From Takakia lepidozioides (lineage: Eukaryota > Plantae > Bryophyta), in NCBI GenBank assembly GCA_030704615.1, contig CM060732.1, positions 35,898,001 to 35,962,000 of the forward strand: DNA of 64,000 bases, written 5' to 3'. Position numbers and translations under genes: made by a program. The stretch's first letter is position 1. Each line of letters begins with the position of its first letter. Positions 38,691-51,850 of the stretch are shown in pieces. The notes below the pieces were generated by a model that had not been told where the DNA came from, made no database searches, and was given only the letters and a program-made list of their open reading frames with translations.

Positions 38691-41600
38691 ATGGCGATGA
38701 GGATGCACCCCTGGTGTCCAGGGTTGCACGCGCTCAGAGGCTGTTACGCGAGAGGCGATATCTACATCCCTTCGAATTGCACGTGTTCTTTGCTCTTGTT
38801 TCCGGTCCGGTGTGCCTCTCAAACAGTAAGCTGTTTCTCCCAGGCGATTCTGAGCCACTTGGGTTGATCGAGAGAGAGTGATGTGCGTTGTGGAGATAGA
38901 TAATCTTATGAAGGAAGAGTGAGCATTAGTGCGTTGCCGTTTTTGCGGCAAATTCTGTTTGTAGGCATGATCTGCTTGGACCTTCTGGGCGCATTGTCTG
39001 ACTGTCTTTCTGAATGTATCATTTCTCGCAGCAGGAGGAAAGTGAATGTAGTAGTTGGTGGGGAAGCCAGATCTTGGACCATCTGAAAGTTTCTAGCAGC
39101 TAAGGCCAAAAGGGGAAGTGTCGTTAGCTGCTGAGTACAGGACAGCGAGTCACTATGGACAAGAATAATTGAATGTGGCTGTGCAAAACTGTGAATGCAA
39201 AGGCAATGTAGAACTTTCAGCGGAGAGATCATAATCGAACGAAAATAGAAACTAGAGTTGGCAATCATCTTGCAGTTGCACTTATCGATCCAGTGATTCT
39301 GGTTAGGTTAATTATTCCACCAAATGTGACTACAGTGTGTTCTTGCTCGGCTAGATGATTGGAGCATAGCTTTGCAGCCCTTTTCCAAGTGTGTCATATT
39401 GTGGTTGATCAACGCAACCACTTCAGTTTCCCGAAGACTATTTTCCATTTCCACATTTGGTTAAGTAGCCTATTTGACAGCGGTTAGGTCACCACAATTC
39501 ATGCTGGCCTCTCTCACAGCCCAGTATCTAGTTATGTGCTATCGAGCCTATCTTCCTAAACTCGCAGTGCCCTTTCATTTCAAGGCCCAGCTAACAAAGG
39601 CTGATGCTGCTGCAGGCATGCACTGCGGATAAGAATGACGAAAATAGGACTTGGAAGCACATGTTGGACAGGGTATGGCTTCTTCCGGAACCTGCCACAA
39701 GGATTGACAAAGTGTATGTCAGGGAGCAGCCTGCATCAAGAACTCAACCATCACCTGTTGAAGCTGGCAAAAGGGAGAGGTGCTCATTTTATGTCATACG
39801 GGATGACTTGCTCCATCCTATCATGGGTGGAAACAAGTTACGGAAATTGGATGCACTGGTTCCCCTCTTCCACGCATATGGAGTCACTGATGTGGTAAAT
39901 CAACTCCAAAACAATTTCTTCACAAATGATTTCAATGGTGTCATAATTGAGTGCTCTGATTGCAAGCACTGAGACAGACAGACATAAAGACGCGTGATGT
40001 AGGAATGCGACAATCAACTGTTACCTTCTGGAGCTATTCCTGGATGTGGGTGAAGATAGGGATATGGAATCCAATTACTAATTTGAGGTCATCATTCTTG
40101 CAGGTAACATGTGGCGGCTGTCAAAGTGGGCACACAGCTGCTGTAGGTATGTATCGATCAATCACATTGTAGCAAAGTTCAACCTTAACAAGACCAGATT
40201 CTTCAACATACTCATTGTAATGAGCACAACAATTGGATGTACTGTTTTGATTATTTTGGCATGTGCACAAAAGGACTCAGGGTCAGGTGAAATCTTCAAG
40301 TTAGGATCTTGCTGGGGAGTCCTATGTCTGTGGAGGGTTTGTCGACCGAGGGCAGAAACGTTTCTTTTATGTAGGATATCACAGTTTTCCACTCTGTTTA
40401 ATACACTGATAGCAGCAATGGTGATTCAATTTGTCCTCTGTTTGGCAGCTGTTGCATGTGCGGAGCAAGGCATAACATCGCACTTGTTGCTGCGTGGGGA
40501 AAGGCCGGAGATACTGACAGGATACAACTTGATCTCAGGGATGTATGGCCATGTGACCTATGTTCCCCGGTCAGAATATTCCAACCGAAAAACCATGCTT
40601 CACCAGCACGCTATGCGCATCGCCGGCAGTTCTTCCTCAATTGTGTCGTTAAACGCCTCTCAAAAGTTGCCTGAATTTGCAGTGCCTGGTACTAGAGATG
40701 GAGTTCAAATGGAAGGAGAGGTCAGGCCTGCTAGCCTGGAGCATGACACAGAAAGAAGAGTAGCAGTGGTGAATGAGGGTGCTGGTGATGCATTGGCACT
40801 ACTCGGTCAGTTTCTCTTCGTCCCCCTCTTTCTCTTTCTCATGAGTACATTTTCTCTCTCTTTCTCGGCTATGTTGGAAGCACGAAGCACGAAGAATGTC
40901 TGACCAAAACGAAGTTAGGCATAAAACGTCCCTGAACTAGTTTCCAGTCTGTGACATGGTTGAGGACCTTATGGATGATGACCTGAAGGGCCTACCTACC
41001 CTCAGCACTAGACTGAGCAGGGCAGGTAGTCTACTTTTCAACAAAAAACAGATGCAGAGGGGAAAGGGAGATTGCCAATGCCCGATGTGCAGGCAGCCTG
41101 AAGACAAAAGCCATTTTCTAACAAAATGTCTAGGGATGTTCTAATCCGAGAGCGACCCTCTTCAGGTACATCAAGAACATAGTCCCTGCACCTCTGTTCA
41201 CCAACTTTCTCTCAAGGCTGAGCCTGAAGCCCTGGCCCTGTTGGGTCTAACTGCTGGGCAGATCACACAGCAGTTTGATGCTTCTGTGAAGGGCTTTCCA
41301 GAGGAAATCCGGAAAGCCTGAACAAATTGAACAATCTCACAGTACTGGAATGAGCCCCTCACAAAGGTAGTGTCTGTTCCCCTTTGTTCCGCCCAAGCTG
41401 GCCACAAGACTACAACAAAGAGTACATTCTCTCTTTTCCGTGAAGTCTTAATTGTGCCCTACCTACCACAAGATCCAATACAGATACTGGTGTCTTTTCA
41501 GACCTTGCAGAATCATTTGAGCTATGGGAACCCGAAGTATCTATTAGGAATTCAAGTATTCTCTTTTTGCTTCTTTTGTACAATTGACAGAACAGACGTG

Positions 41601-42763
41601 AAATAGTAATTCCCTGAAGAAACTCGATAATTTGCGATGCTAGGATTGATACGGCTGGTCAATCACTTGTCACAGCCGACTGCATTTGGAAAGGAGCGCA
41701 ACTTGTGCATTGTGGTTGACTGCGGCACAGGAACTACAGCTGTTGGACTAGCACTGGGAATTGCTCTGTTGGGGTATGTTATGTCCGTATAACTTTCACA
41801 AATTTCCAAGTTATCACAAAAGCAAGCTTGCTCTCCGTGTCCATTATGTGATGCAGATCCAACCCTCTTGCTTCCCCCCCATTTTCTGTTGTGTCCAAAT
41901 CAAGGCCTGCAAAATGTAACCAGTACATCTGCAATTGTGAAGTGTGGTATAGAATCTTGTGATACTGTGTGCCATGATTTGGAACATTTGACAGACTTCT
42001 GTAATTATTCACTGAATGTAGGGTGTTGTAGGCTCCCATGGCAAGTGGTGGGGGTGATGCTCGCAGATACGCAAGATGGCTATGACAGGCATGTGAATAG
42101 CCTTCTATCTGAGTTTAGGGAACAATTCCTGAAGGAACCATTGGATGGCAAGAGCCTTGATCTTCGTATCATGTGGCGAGAACGGCACCAACCCCGCAAG
42201 TAGGTATTTTATGATTAAAATAGATATTTTGATATTTTTCCCTTTTTTGCTGAGAACCAGAAACTGGCTATTGCACTCAGCTGCAAAGCATAAACAGCAC
42301 ACCAGCTGTCAGGCAGCGTCTCATGCATTATTGAGTTGCTGCGTTAAAATTCTGGTTAGATCAGGCTCTCTGTGGCCCGGAGGTAGCACCTTCTGATCTA
42401 ACAGCAGATTGTAACAGAGACACCCTCTAAGTAACGATGCAACGACAATTGAGAGCGAGGAATGCCCAGTCCGGAGAATTTAGGCTTGTGGTATTTGCAC
42501 CGTACTGATGTTGTAATTTCTGTGTCTGGTATCGGTTCAGATTTGGCAAAATTTATCCAGGCGAAATCGAGGCATGCCAGCAGGTTGCCCGCCAAAGTGG
42601 CATCTTGCTTGACCCAATCTACACTCTTGCTGGCTGGGAAGCTGCTGAAGAAATCTGCCAAGAGTCCCTTGGGGAGTCTGGTGGAAGTGTAGCAATGCTT
42701 CATACAGGTGGAACGTTGGGGTTGTTTGGACTAGCCCAGAGATATCCTCACCATTTCACTTGA
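38691..42763 (+). CDS. D-cysteine desulfhydrase 2-like PLP-dependent enzyme (ACC deaminase/DCD family), likely organelle-targeted
   Basis: Exons about 38691-38825, optional 39427-39459, 39616-39894, 40104-40146, 40449-40805, 41644-41773, 42032-42199, 42541-42763. Motifs RDDLLHPIMGGNKLRKL, TCGGCQSGH, VDCGTGTT, LDPIYT, HTGGTLGLFGLAQRY. 5' exons uncertain. Confidence 0.9.
41040..41420 (+). mobile_element. Intronic LINE 3' fragment (C-terminal CCHC finger)
   Basis: CPMCRQPEDKSHFLTKC. Downstream DNA aligns by eye with the reverse complement of 54530-54860. Confidence 0.65.
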
Positions 42764-43233
42764 AAGACCTGGTGGTCTGGAGATGCAGTGCTCTTGGTTA
42801 GCCCCTAAAGGCCTACAGCTTTTTTCGTCCTTGGATGCAGAATCTGCATCTCTGGCCACCTTTTTATTCACAACTGAAAACTGTTCCAAACGGAAGAAAA
42901 AAATTCTTATAACCTTTTAGGGAGAATGAAAATTTTCTGCAACCTTTGCAGAACAGTAACAAATATTATCGAAATTCTCAAATGGCTCTCCCCATTTGGT
43001 TCAAATTCCATTATAGGAATATACCTCATGATGTTGGCAACCTTTTCCTAATTTTCAGATGTTTTGGACAAGATTCAGTTTGGGTATATCTCCTTTGTAG
43101 TTGTCCGGAGAACGGTACAGTCTACAACTTTTCACCGCCACGCCTGCAAAGTTAATGGGTATACATCTAATATTTCAATGCCAACTATTCTTTAATAATA
43201 GGGGCTTCAATGCCCTTGTGGGATGCGCCTGTG

Positions 43234-43437
43234 GGCCCCACCAGTATGCGACATAATTGAACTAAGAAAAGTTAAACCCCAAAAATAATTACAAATATGT
43301 AGGCCCCACCAGTATGCGACATAATTGAACTAAGAAAAGTTAAACCCCAAAAATAATTACAAATATGTAGGCCCCACCAGTATGCGACATAATTGAACTA
43401 AGAAAAGTTAAACCCCAAAAATAATTACAAATATGTA
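43234..43437. repeat. Three perfect tandem copies of a 68-bp unit
   Basis: GGCCCCACCAGTATGCGAC...ACAAATATGTA at 43234, 43302 and 43370. Confidence 0.95.
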
Positions 43438-43869
43438 GAGCAGTTTCATTATTTCTAGAGTGGTCCAGGAATTACTGTGGCCTAGGAATTAGAGTGGGGC
43501 GCCTATGCGGGAAGGCCACGTGTATTAAGGAATGAGATGAGGGGTCCAAAAAAAGAAGGGAGGAATTGGCTAAATTTAGAATAGGGAGTCTTGTAGGGTT
43601 GACATGTGTCCAGGGCCTTCTAGAAGGTCCGAGGGTCGGTGGGCTTATAGAAGGGTCCCACCGCCCGGAGAGGCTATATAAGGGAACCCCCCTCTTACTA
43701 CCTATTAACTTACTACCTACTGAATTAGTAAATACTGGGCTATGCAAAGGCAGGGCCCCCAAAATAAACAGCAATCAGCAAACATGAATCAATTAATTAA
43801 TAGAAGTGTGAATATGTACATACGCCCTAATTTCAGATATCCCATTTGTTATGTCGTATCGCGTCAAAA

Positions 43870-45510
43870 TTGGGTATGCTTGAGGGTCAAATTTCTCCAT
43901 GGGGGTATCCGAGTGCCATGTACCGGTGGGGCGTACCCAATGGGGTCTGAGACCAAGTACGGTCTCACGATTATCCGCGACAGCTCCGTCGACATCTCTT
44001 GTACCTCTTCATGGGACTCTTCATCACTTGAGTCATCCTCACTGGATGACAGAGTTTCAACGACAGGCTTTGGTCTGCTGGGACGGACCTGCTTGCAATT
44101 CTTTGCTTGTCACTCTCAAACCCCGTGGACAGTCAACAGTGGCACTGGCCGACCTGTGGCTTCTGTGCTCTACATTCTTTTTGGCGCCATCACTGAGCTT
44201 CATTTTCTTCAATGGTACATTGCGCCCAAGGCCCAGTAGACCTACTTAATTATGATAACACTGCCAACGAAGCGACGGCAGATGCACCTCTCAACTTTAA
44301 CATGATTGCTTTAGCAGCCTTAGAAGAACTTGGCTTGGGCCAAGGATTAAAGTTGTCAGGGACGAGACTTTTGCATCCTCCATCAAGGACATGCCGGTTT
44401 AGAGTCTCTTTGTCCTTGACAATATCAGGGCAAAGGGGCACTGAAAACGATCATTTGGCCACGACTCTTTCTCCTCGGCTACGTGCAAGTCCAAAAATGC
44501 TTCTACTATTTTAGCATCGTACTCATTTGGCTCATACCAGTACCTTCTCTTAGGTTTACTGCGGGGGGCATGCACATATCGCACCCAATCGGCTCTACCA
44601 TTTGGACAAGCTTCTTCCATGGCTGCAACATCAGCATGAAGAGTGTCAGGGACGGTATGCTCGAAGCAAATGAAGAAGCGGAAATGAAAAAGGTAATGAA
44701 GGTTTCAAGGTGAAGAAGGAAGATGAAGTTTATACCTTCAGATCGCACGACGACAACAACGGCAACACGACCTTTGACGAAAGGGCGGGACCTTTGCTTC
44801 TCAGTCGGGAAGCCTGTACACATGAATCGTCGCACTACTATCAAAGAAGCACAAACCGCGAACCGCAACACACAACATGCAGATACTTCCGGTTGTTAGC
44901 AAAGAGCTACATACTTCCATTCAAGTTTGCACTGTAAACTCAATGTAAACACGGACGTCTTCTGTGCCTTCATATAGTCCCATGAATAGGCGAACAACAA
45001 AGCAAGAATAGTAGAAGCATATGAACAAAGGAGGCTGTGGCTTGAAACGATGGACTCTGACGTTGGTACGAGAGTCCACGGCTCCTTCGCGTTGAGTCAT
45101 GCTACGGGATTCTTCACAACCGCGCTTAAACGTTGCACGAGTCTGTTGGGTCCAAACAGTCAAACAACAAACATCAAAAGGCAGGGTGATGAGGGACAAA
45201 GGAAGACGAAAGAGGAAGAAACAAAAAAAAAAACAAAGGGGTCCTAGGAGATCGGCGATTGCAATGCCATGCCCTAAATCTAGATACAACCGGGTTTGGA
45301 TGGGCAGATGCGCGCCACGTCTGCGCGGGTTTGTTGTGGTCTGCCGGACGAGATGCATCACCCAGCGGTGGACAGACCCAGCCGAAGCCGTGGGCAGCAA
45401 GCGGATGGGTGGGTGGGTGGGTGGGCGCGGGAAGGGGGTGGGGGGGACCCTGCCTCTGTCGTCCTGGCCCACACGTGAGACATAAAGACCCAATTATTCA
45501 AAAATGAGAG
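43870..45510 (-). mobile_element. Truncated DNA transposon related to the 57616-64000 element
   Basis: Terminus CTCTCATTTTTGAATAATTGGG (reverse) at 45489-45510. Frameshifted ORF 44250-44620 is homologous to 59500-59850. Confidence 0.75.
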
Positions 45511-46669
45511 ACCTACATAATAACTAGTTAATATGTTTAGTACTTAGACCTGGCCAAGTGACAGAATGAGGTACCAAGATTACCTTGACACCTGCATGCG
45601 CTTATCCTCACGCTCATCGTGTGAGGCTCATTTCTCTCGAGTGAAATGTACTGAATGCTTCATACAAACTATCACTCAAAACATGAGTCAAGCTTAGCGC
45701 ATCTTACGTCATAGGGATTCCATGCTGCTACGGCGTACTCACACACATGATCTACTGCAAGCTCGCCGCTGTTAGTTTCACCCCATAGGTTTCATCTTTG
45801 TACATTGTGTTGTGTGGATTGGACAGCGATGTAAGTGTATAACAATATGTATGCGCACGACAGTTCATTTTCTTAGGGTAAAACAAATACAAAAAAACAC
45901 AAAATTAAGAAAATGTCATGTGTGCAGTATATGTAGGCCGCCACCTCAATAATATGGTAAATTTAGAAACAATACTTGACGTGAAATCGATTTGAGACGT
46001 TGTGCGACGCACGTCATGATGTGATGCTGACGTGTTTGCGCCTTGTCACGTCATGTCATAATCGACAACTGGGCTGGGCTGAGGATGTTAACCATGTCAA
46101 CAATTTTATACACCAAGTCATTTTGGCGATTTAGTAGCATATAATGAACTTAATATTGACAGTCGGACCAGCATTATACCTTGTGATAACATGTCAGAAA
46201 AGATTTACTAATATGTTTCAAATGTAGTAATATATGTATGTCATGTTTTTCTATATAATTATCTGTAATCATAAAAATATTTGTCCATATAGAAATAAAA
46301 TATCTATAGCTTAGGCGAAATATTTTTGAGCGGTCATTTGTAATATGTATGGAATTTTTCCATGTTTTTTATATTTTGATGCTTTAGTGATCAACAGCTA
46401 GTACGATCGTCTGTTCATATATTGATCATGAGTAATCAACAATCAACTAAGCAATCAGCAATCAGCCATAAATAATAGTAATAAGCAATAAATAATTAGC
46501 TATTAATGAGGGCGACTTGGTATTTTTCGAAGTGACAAAGCAATAGCTTTATCATCAACGTATGACCGATTAACAAATTTCTGATTTGTCTCACAAATGT
46601 TAAAAGAATGATACAATTTATTCGACACAATTGTATTCCTAAAGAAGGTCTTCACTCAGATTGCTCAGC

Positions 46670-47255
46670 CACCACCAGATTTTCGGGGTCGCGTGGATTA
46701 GTTTCAAATTTTTGATATAAGTGATCGCCCAATTTCGGCGGTCACATGTATCTATGTTTTAAACAAATACAGACGACCGCCAAAATTTGTCTGTCGTCCG
46801 TATTTATTTTTAAAACAAATACAAGCGACCGCCAGAATTTGGTGGTCACATGTATTTATCTTTAAAATAAATAGAAGCGACCGCCTCAATTCGGTGATTG
46901 CATGTATGTATTTGTTTCTTTAATACAAATGAATGTTGCATTTCGACGGTCGGTTTTTAAAAGTAAGCAACCGCCCAAATTCGACGGTCGCAAGTAAAAA
47001 ATTGTTTTCTCTTAAATACAAGTGACCGTCGAATTTAAATTTGGTGGTTGCTTGTTTTTGTTCTTCTTTATGAAATATAAGCAACCGAAGAGGGAAAAAA
47101 AACAGAAAATACGACTGTCGAAATTCAACAGTCGCTTCTATTTGATTTATTATGAAATACATGTGACCGCCAAAATTTGGCGGTCGCTTGTTTTTTTGTT
47201 TTTGTATAATATATAAGTGACATTCGCGCGGGGGGGGGGAGATTCGGCAGTCGCT
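46670..47255. repeat. Array of about 10 degenerate palindromes (GCGACCGCC-N6-GGCGGTCGC) at about 52-bp spacing
   Basis: Example ATGTGACCGCCAAAATTTGGCGGTCGCTTGT at 47161. AT-rich linkers. Confidence 0.8.
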
Positions 47256-47289
47256 TTTATGATTGTTTAGCACTCATAGACATTTATTT

Positions 47290-47389
47290 TAAGTATTTTG
47301 TTTTCAAATGTAGTCAGTGCAATGAATACACCACCTATCTAAGTATTTTGTTTTCAAATGTAGTCACTGCAATGAATACACCACCTATC
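47290..47389. repeat. 50-bp tandem duplication
   Basis: TAAGTATTTTG...CCACCTATC twice, one mismatch. Confidence 0.9.
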
Positions 47390-48239
47390 AATTATGACGT
47401 GATGTGGATGCCAATATTAATTTTTTTAATAAATTTAGGACCGTCTCGTTATTATTTTAAAAATAAATAATAAACGGCACCTGATGCGGCCTGACGTCAC
47501 TCACGCATATAACTATGATGGATACAAAACTTCGGGCACATATTTTTTGATTGAGTAATGAGCCGTAAGATGAGTGTTTATATCCAAAACATCTTTTAAA
47601 TCTTGAATGATCTATTGTCATATTTTTGAAATAATAATTATTTACATGTCCACGTGTGTCGAACACCATGGCTGCCACGTCATTAAAAAATAGAAGTAAA
47701 TAATAGAAGTTAAAAGTAAGCACAACGTCCGTTTTCGACATGACGTACATCTGGACGTTTTGACGTGCCAGCACCCACGTCACGTCCAAATTCATAACTA
47801 GGATCTTAATTTCGAACATAACCTCTTTTTGAGGATTTTCTGCAATTGCCATGTACATAATTGTACCATGGAAGAGAGCTTAGAAAATAGGTTCATTGAG
47901 GAACGCTTTTATGCCAGCCCCCTTTATGACTTCATTCGATCTCTCAACACTGAGCAGACTCGGAAAAACCAGTGTAGGTTCACGAAATTGCAACGTGCTT
48001 CTTACGTTAATGTTGTTGTTGAAACCAGCTTCTTCTTGGTCTCCAAAACTGCATGCTTTGACGCACATAGTTTCGGAAACAACTTCAAACATGAAAATCA
48101 AGATCCATAGCTCCATGTTTGCATACCGTAGACAGCCCGCTTACACGCTTTTTGGCCTAAGGCTCTTCTATTGTGGATTGCATTGACAGGAAGTCGCAGT
48201 TAAAACAAGAATGATTTATTTCATCATATTCTTTGTTCT

Positions 48240-48535
48240 ACCATTTCTGTTCACAACTCCTTGTATCCTCGCAATCATGTGGGGATCTTTCTAACAATTT
48301 TACACACGCACACGGATGGTCGATACCTTTACCACCTACTTGTGCGGAATTCCCATCCCAAAGGCCACCGCCTATCTCTCCAAAGTGGGTGTCAGCACCT
48401 ACATGCAGGTAATGGGTCCTTTTGGCTGGGACCTACTGCAGTGGATCCGCCGCAGATCAAACAGGGGACCTCCACCGGGTAGAGGCGTTCCCACCCTTCA
48501 CGACCCTCTTTGCTACCCAGGGGGGGGGGGGGGGA
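48240..48535 (+). mobile_element. Probable L1-like LINE 3' terminal fragment
   Basis: ...MGPFGWDLLQWIRRRSNRGPPPG followed by a G run. Confidence 0.35.
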
Positions 48536-48671
48536 CATGCGCATTGAAGACGCTATTATCTTATAGTGAGAAGCTATTTGAATTGTCCTTCACACTACAA
48601 GGTAACTAGTGGGATAAGTTAACAACACTAAAAGGTAATGGGAATGTAGGTGAGGGGTTGATGTGGCTTGG

Positions 48672-49865
48672 TGTTTTGGCAAGAGACTTCGTTCTTTTCT
48701 TCTAAGGTGCCAATGATTCGTAATCCTGCCAAGCCTGATGATACATATGAAATGACTACACTAAGTCCGCAAAGCCTGCCCCCGAATGGAGTAGTAGTCG
48801 TAAGACAAAATGACTCTTAGTTAGGTCGTCGTCTCTCTTCTCTTTCTCTCACTAAGACTGCTCCTAAGGGAGCTCTCCTCTTCCTAACCACGTTGCCCAG
48901 ATTACAGCCGTTAGAAGGTGGCCACCTTAAACAGAAGGCAATATCCCCTCGGGGTGAAGTGACACCATAAATTACGCTTGTTTTGGCAAGAGACTTCTTT
49001 CTATTTTGTTGAGCTATAAGCTGCCAATGATTCGAAATCTTGCCAAGCCTAATGGTACATATGAAATGACTGCACTAAGTCTGCGGGGCCCACCCCTGAA
49101 TGGAGTAGTAGTCATAAGGCAAAATGGCTCTTAGTCAGGTCGTCGTCTCTCTTCTCTTTCTAAGACCGCTCCTAAGGGAGCTGCCCTAGCTCTCCTCTTC
49201 CTAACCACTATAGGCACAAATTATATTTTTCAGCCTTGAATGTTTATGCAAGAAGCATTGGAATTTTAACAGATAATGAGGTAAAGCCGAGCCAAGACTG
49301 GTATGCGTCAATGCTACGAGACAGTGTGTCGCAATACTATCATATTTTCTGCGTTGCACATAGTGCTAAATTCGATGCATTTGTCGTAGTTGTTAGCCTC
49401 AACCTTTTGAACCACAACAACGTCAGCATGAGCCTCATCTTCCATGACCTGTTGTCATTCTCGAAGCTTGACCATGTGAGTATAAGATGCTATGGACAAA
49501 CAACCACCACTCTTACATGTGAGTGTGAACTAAATCAAAGGTCTTTACTAGAATGAAGATCATCCAACAAATGGGCCAATGGTTATTGCACAAGGCTGCG
49601 TTATAAGTGGTCGCGGGTGCAAAGCCATATAGGTGTATGTTGGATGTTATCCACTATGGCCAACCCAACTATAAAAAAAAGGTAACTAAGTCAACCAGTT
49701 ACATATTGTGCAGGTACCTAGGGACTTTCGAGTCATTGGGGGAGGGTTGGGCAACCGCATTGTCTCGGTTATGGCCATTAGAAGGTGTCCACCTTCCAAA
49801 CGGAAGGTAGTAGCCCCTCAAGGTGAAGTGAGACAATAAGTGACGTTTGCTTCAGCAAGAGTCTT
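48672..49865. repeat. Diverged repeat of about 305 bp: two near-tandem copies plus a partial third
   Basis: 48672-48890 matches 48978-49207, and 48908-48995 matches 49776-49865. Confidence 0.8.
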
Positions 49866-49984
49866 CCTCCTCCTACTAAATTGAATAAGTCTAGTGTGGT
49901 AAACAAACAAAACAACATGCATTTGTCCTAACACGCATCATTCTTGGTCAAGAGGCCACAAAATATTTTGTTTGAATCATTTTG

Positions 49985-50185
49985 TCAGACATTGCACTCA
50001 GGGTGATAGGGGGATGTAACAATTTGTTTGATTTCTATATGCGTGCACAAAATCCCCATGAGTGCACTACCAAATTCAGTACCATTATTGGTGAGGATCT
50101 CTTGAGAGCAACTATGTCTCATGATGATGTCCTCAATAAAGAATTGGGAGCGGGAGACATTGGAGCCATAAAGCATGGAGGTCAT
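49985..50185 (-). pseudogene. Gypsy integrase core fragment
   Basis: EILTNNGTEF...IVTSPYHPECN. Confidence 0.75.
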
Positions 50186-51850
50186 TGGCCCAGGTAGTAA
50201 TATATGGAGGTAGAGAAGGATGGATTAGATAAATGCATGGAGGAGTGAACAACACGAATAGCAAAGAGAGAGAATGGGTTGGTTGAAACTGGACCAAGAC
50301 AAGGGAGGCGATCGATGGAGGGGCTGTACAACCAATTTGTTGTGCAACAATCTAGAAGATGGAAATCACGAAAATGACTGGGTAGCCACGCCATGCAAAA
50401 GGCTGCCTGCAAGCTGTAGTATAGAAGACCCACACCGCCACCAAAAATAGGACAGATGGTTTGTTGTCAAGGTAAAGCCCTTCGGGAACCATCTAGAGCA
50501 CCCGGTCCAATAAACGTCTAGAAATCCCCATGATATCAGCATCAAATTGCGACAGAGACGGCAAGAATTCAAGGGTATGTAGAAAATACCGAAACTATAG
50601 GATGGTCGTTGAATAAAATACTTGGTGAGAATGTCAGCTGCAAATCCCCAAGCCTAGGAAGAAGCTCGGAATGAGAGATATCATCTTGAAGTGTGTGCTC
50701 TAGGAAAATTAAAATGAAAGGGGGTGGTGCCAAAGGGAACTCCCAATACCTGGATGTCGTTAGATGGTGCGAGGAAATGAGCAAGCGGCGAGAAGTCATA
50801 AGGCAGACCAGATGGTGGCCACACAACACATTTGCACTTGAGGTTGAACAGAGAGCTCCACAGAGAGTAGCTAGAGAGTAGTTGGGTGACAAAATGACTG
50901 TAGGCCGGAAGGACCTCAAAAGCAGGGGTGACGATATAGGTGTCATCTGCAATGGAACGAAATAGACAGGAAGGACACGCTTGTACAAATGACACATAGG
51001 TGCGCCATGGCAAATAAAGGGCTCCATGGCTCGCCCTGACAGGTCCCACCTGTGACTGGATGATAGTATAGTCATTATGCGACAGTTATAGTGAGTGTAA
51101 AAGAGAGAAGTGTTAGACGCATAAAAAAAAATCTGACGAAAGGGATAAGTGGTGAAAATCACCTCCACGGAGTTCCCGGAAGATGGCGGCACGCGAGACT
51201 GTGTTGAACGCATTGGTAACGTCGACTTGAAGGACAACCCAGTTAGGGTGAAGGTCAAGGGTGGCGCAAATCCCTTGTACGGCAACTTTACAACCTCCTA
51301 GAGCAACAGCGTCAAACTGATGTGGAAAGAAATTGGTAGAGAATGCATTCCAATACTGAACATGCAAGGAGCAATTAACAAAACAATAGAAAACATCTCA
51401 TACGGCAATAGGGCATATACTAGGACCTGAATGTTTAGACACAGTCAAGAGTTGTGAAGCCCCCAAGATACATGCAACTGTAGTAGATATACAACCAACT
51501 GCAATATGGAAACAAACTTGGAAAAGCTGGGAGAAGCCACTAGCAAAATCAGGGGTTGAAATAGTCTCGTAAATGTTCATTCAACAATCTAGAAGGGTCG
51601 GCTGTAGAAAGATGCGGAGTCCGTATAAAAGCCTGGTGAGGATATCATGATCCACTTGAAGATCTTGATATGGTTGGAAATCGTCGACAAAAATTGGAAG
51701 AATGCCCTCGGATGGAGGATGAAGAGCCTCCAAAGTGGCAAAGTGTTGGAAGAAGGTGGTGTAGGAGTGAAAGATGTCCCTCGGTTCTTTTGGCCTTCTA
51801 GCATGTCTTCATCTTCCATTCCACCTCTGTCGGACCTACTACCCTTCTCA
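50186..51850 (-). mobile_element. CRE-like non-LTR retrotransposon RT region, decayed
   Basis: CPIAV, HQFDAVALGGCKVAVQGI...LHPNWVVLQVDVTNAFNTVSRAAIF, IADDTYIV, IQVLGVPFG across frameshifts. Confidence 0.7.

Noticed and set aside
38691-42763. ACC deaminase or bacterial horizontal transfer
   Set aside because: It has DPIYT and HTGG rather than the DPVYE and HLGG residues of true ACC deaminases. It is spliced and resembles plant DCD2.
43445-43790. Helitron end (CTAG at about 43456)
   Set aside because: The adjacent repeats are direct rather than a hairpin, and the A|T target context is not met.
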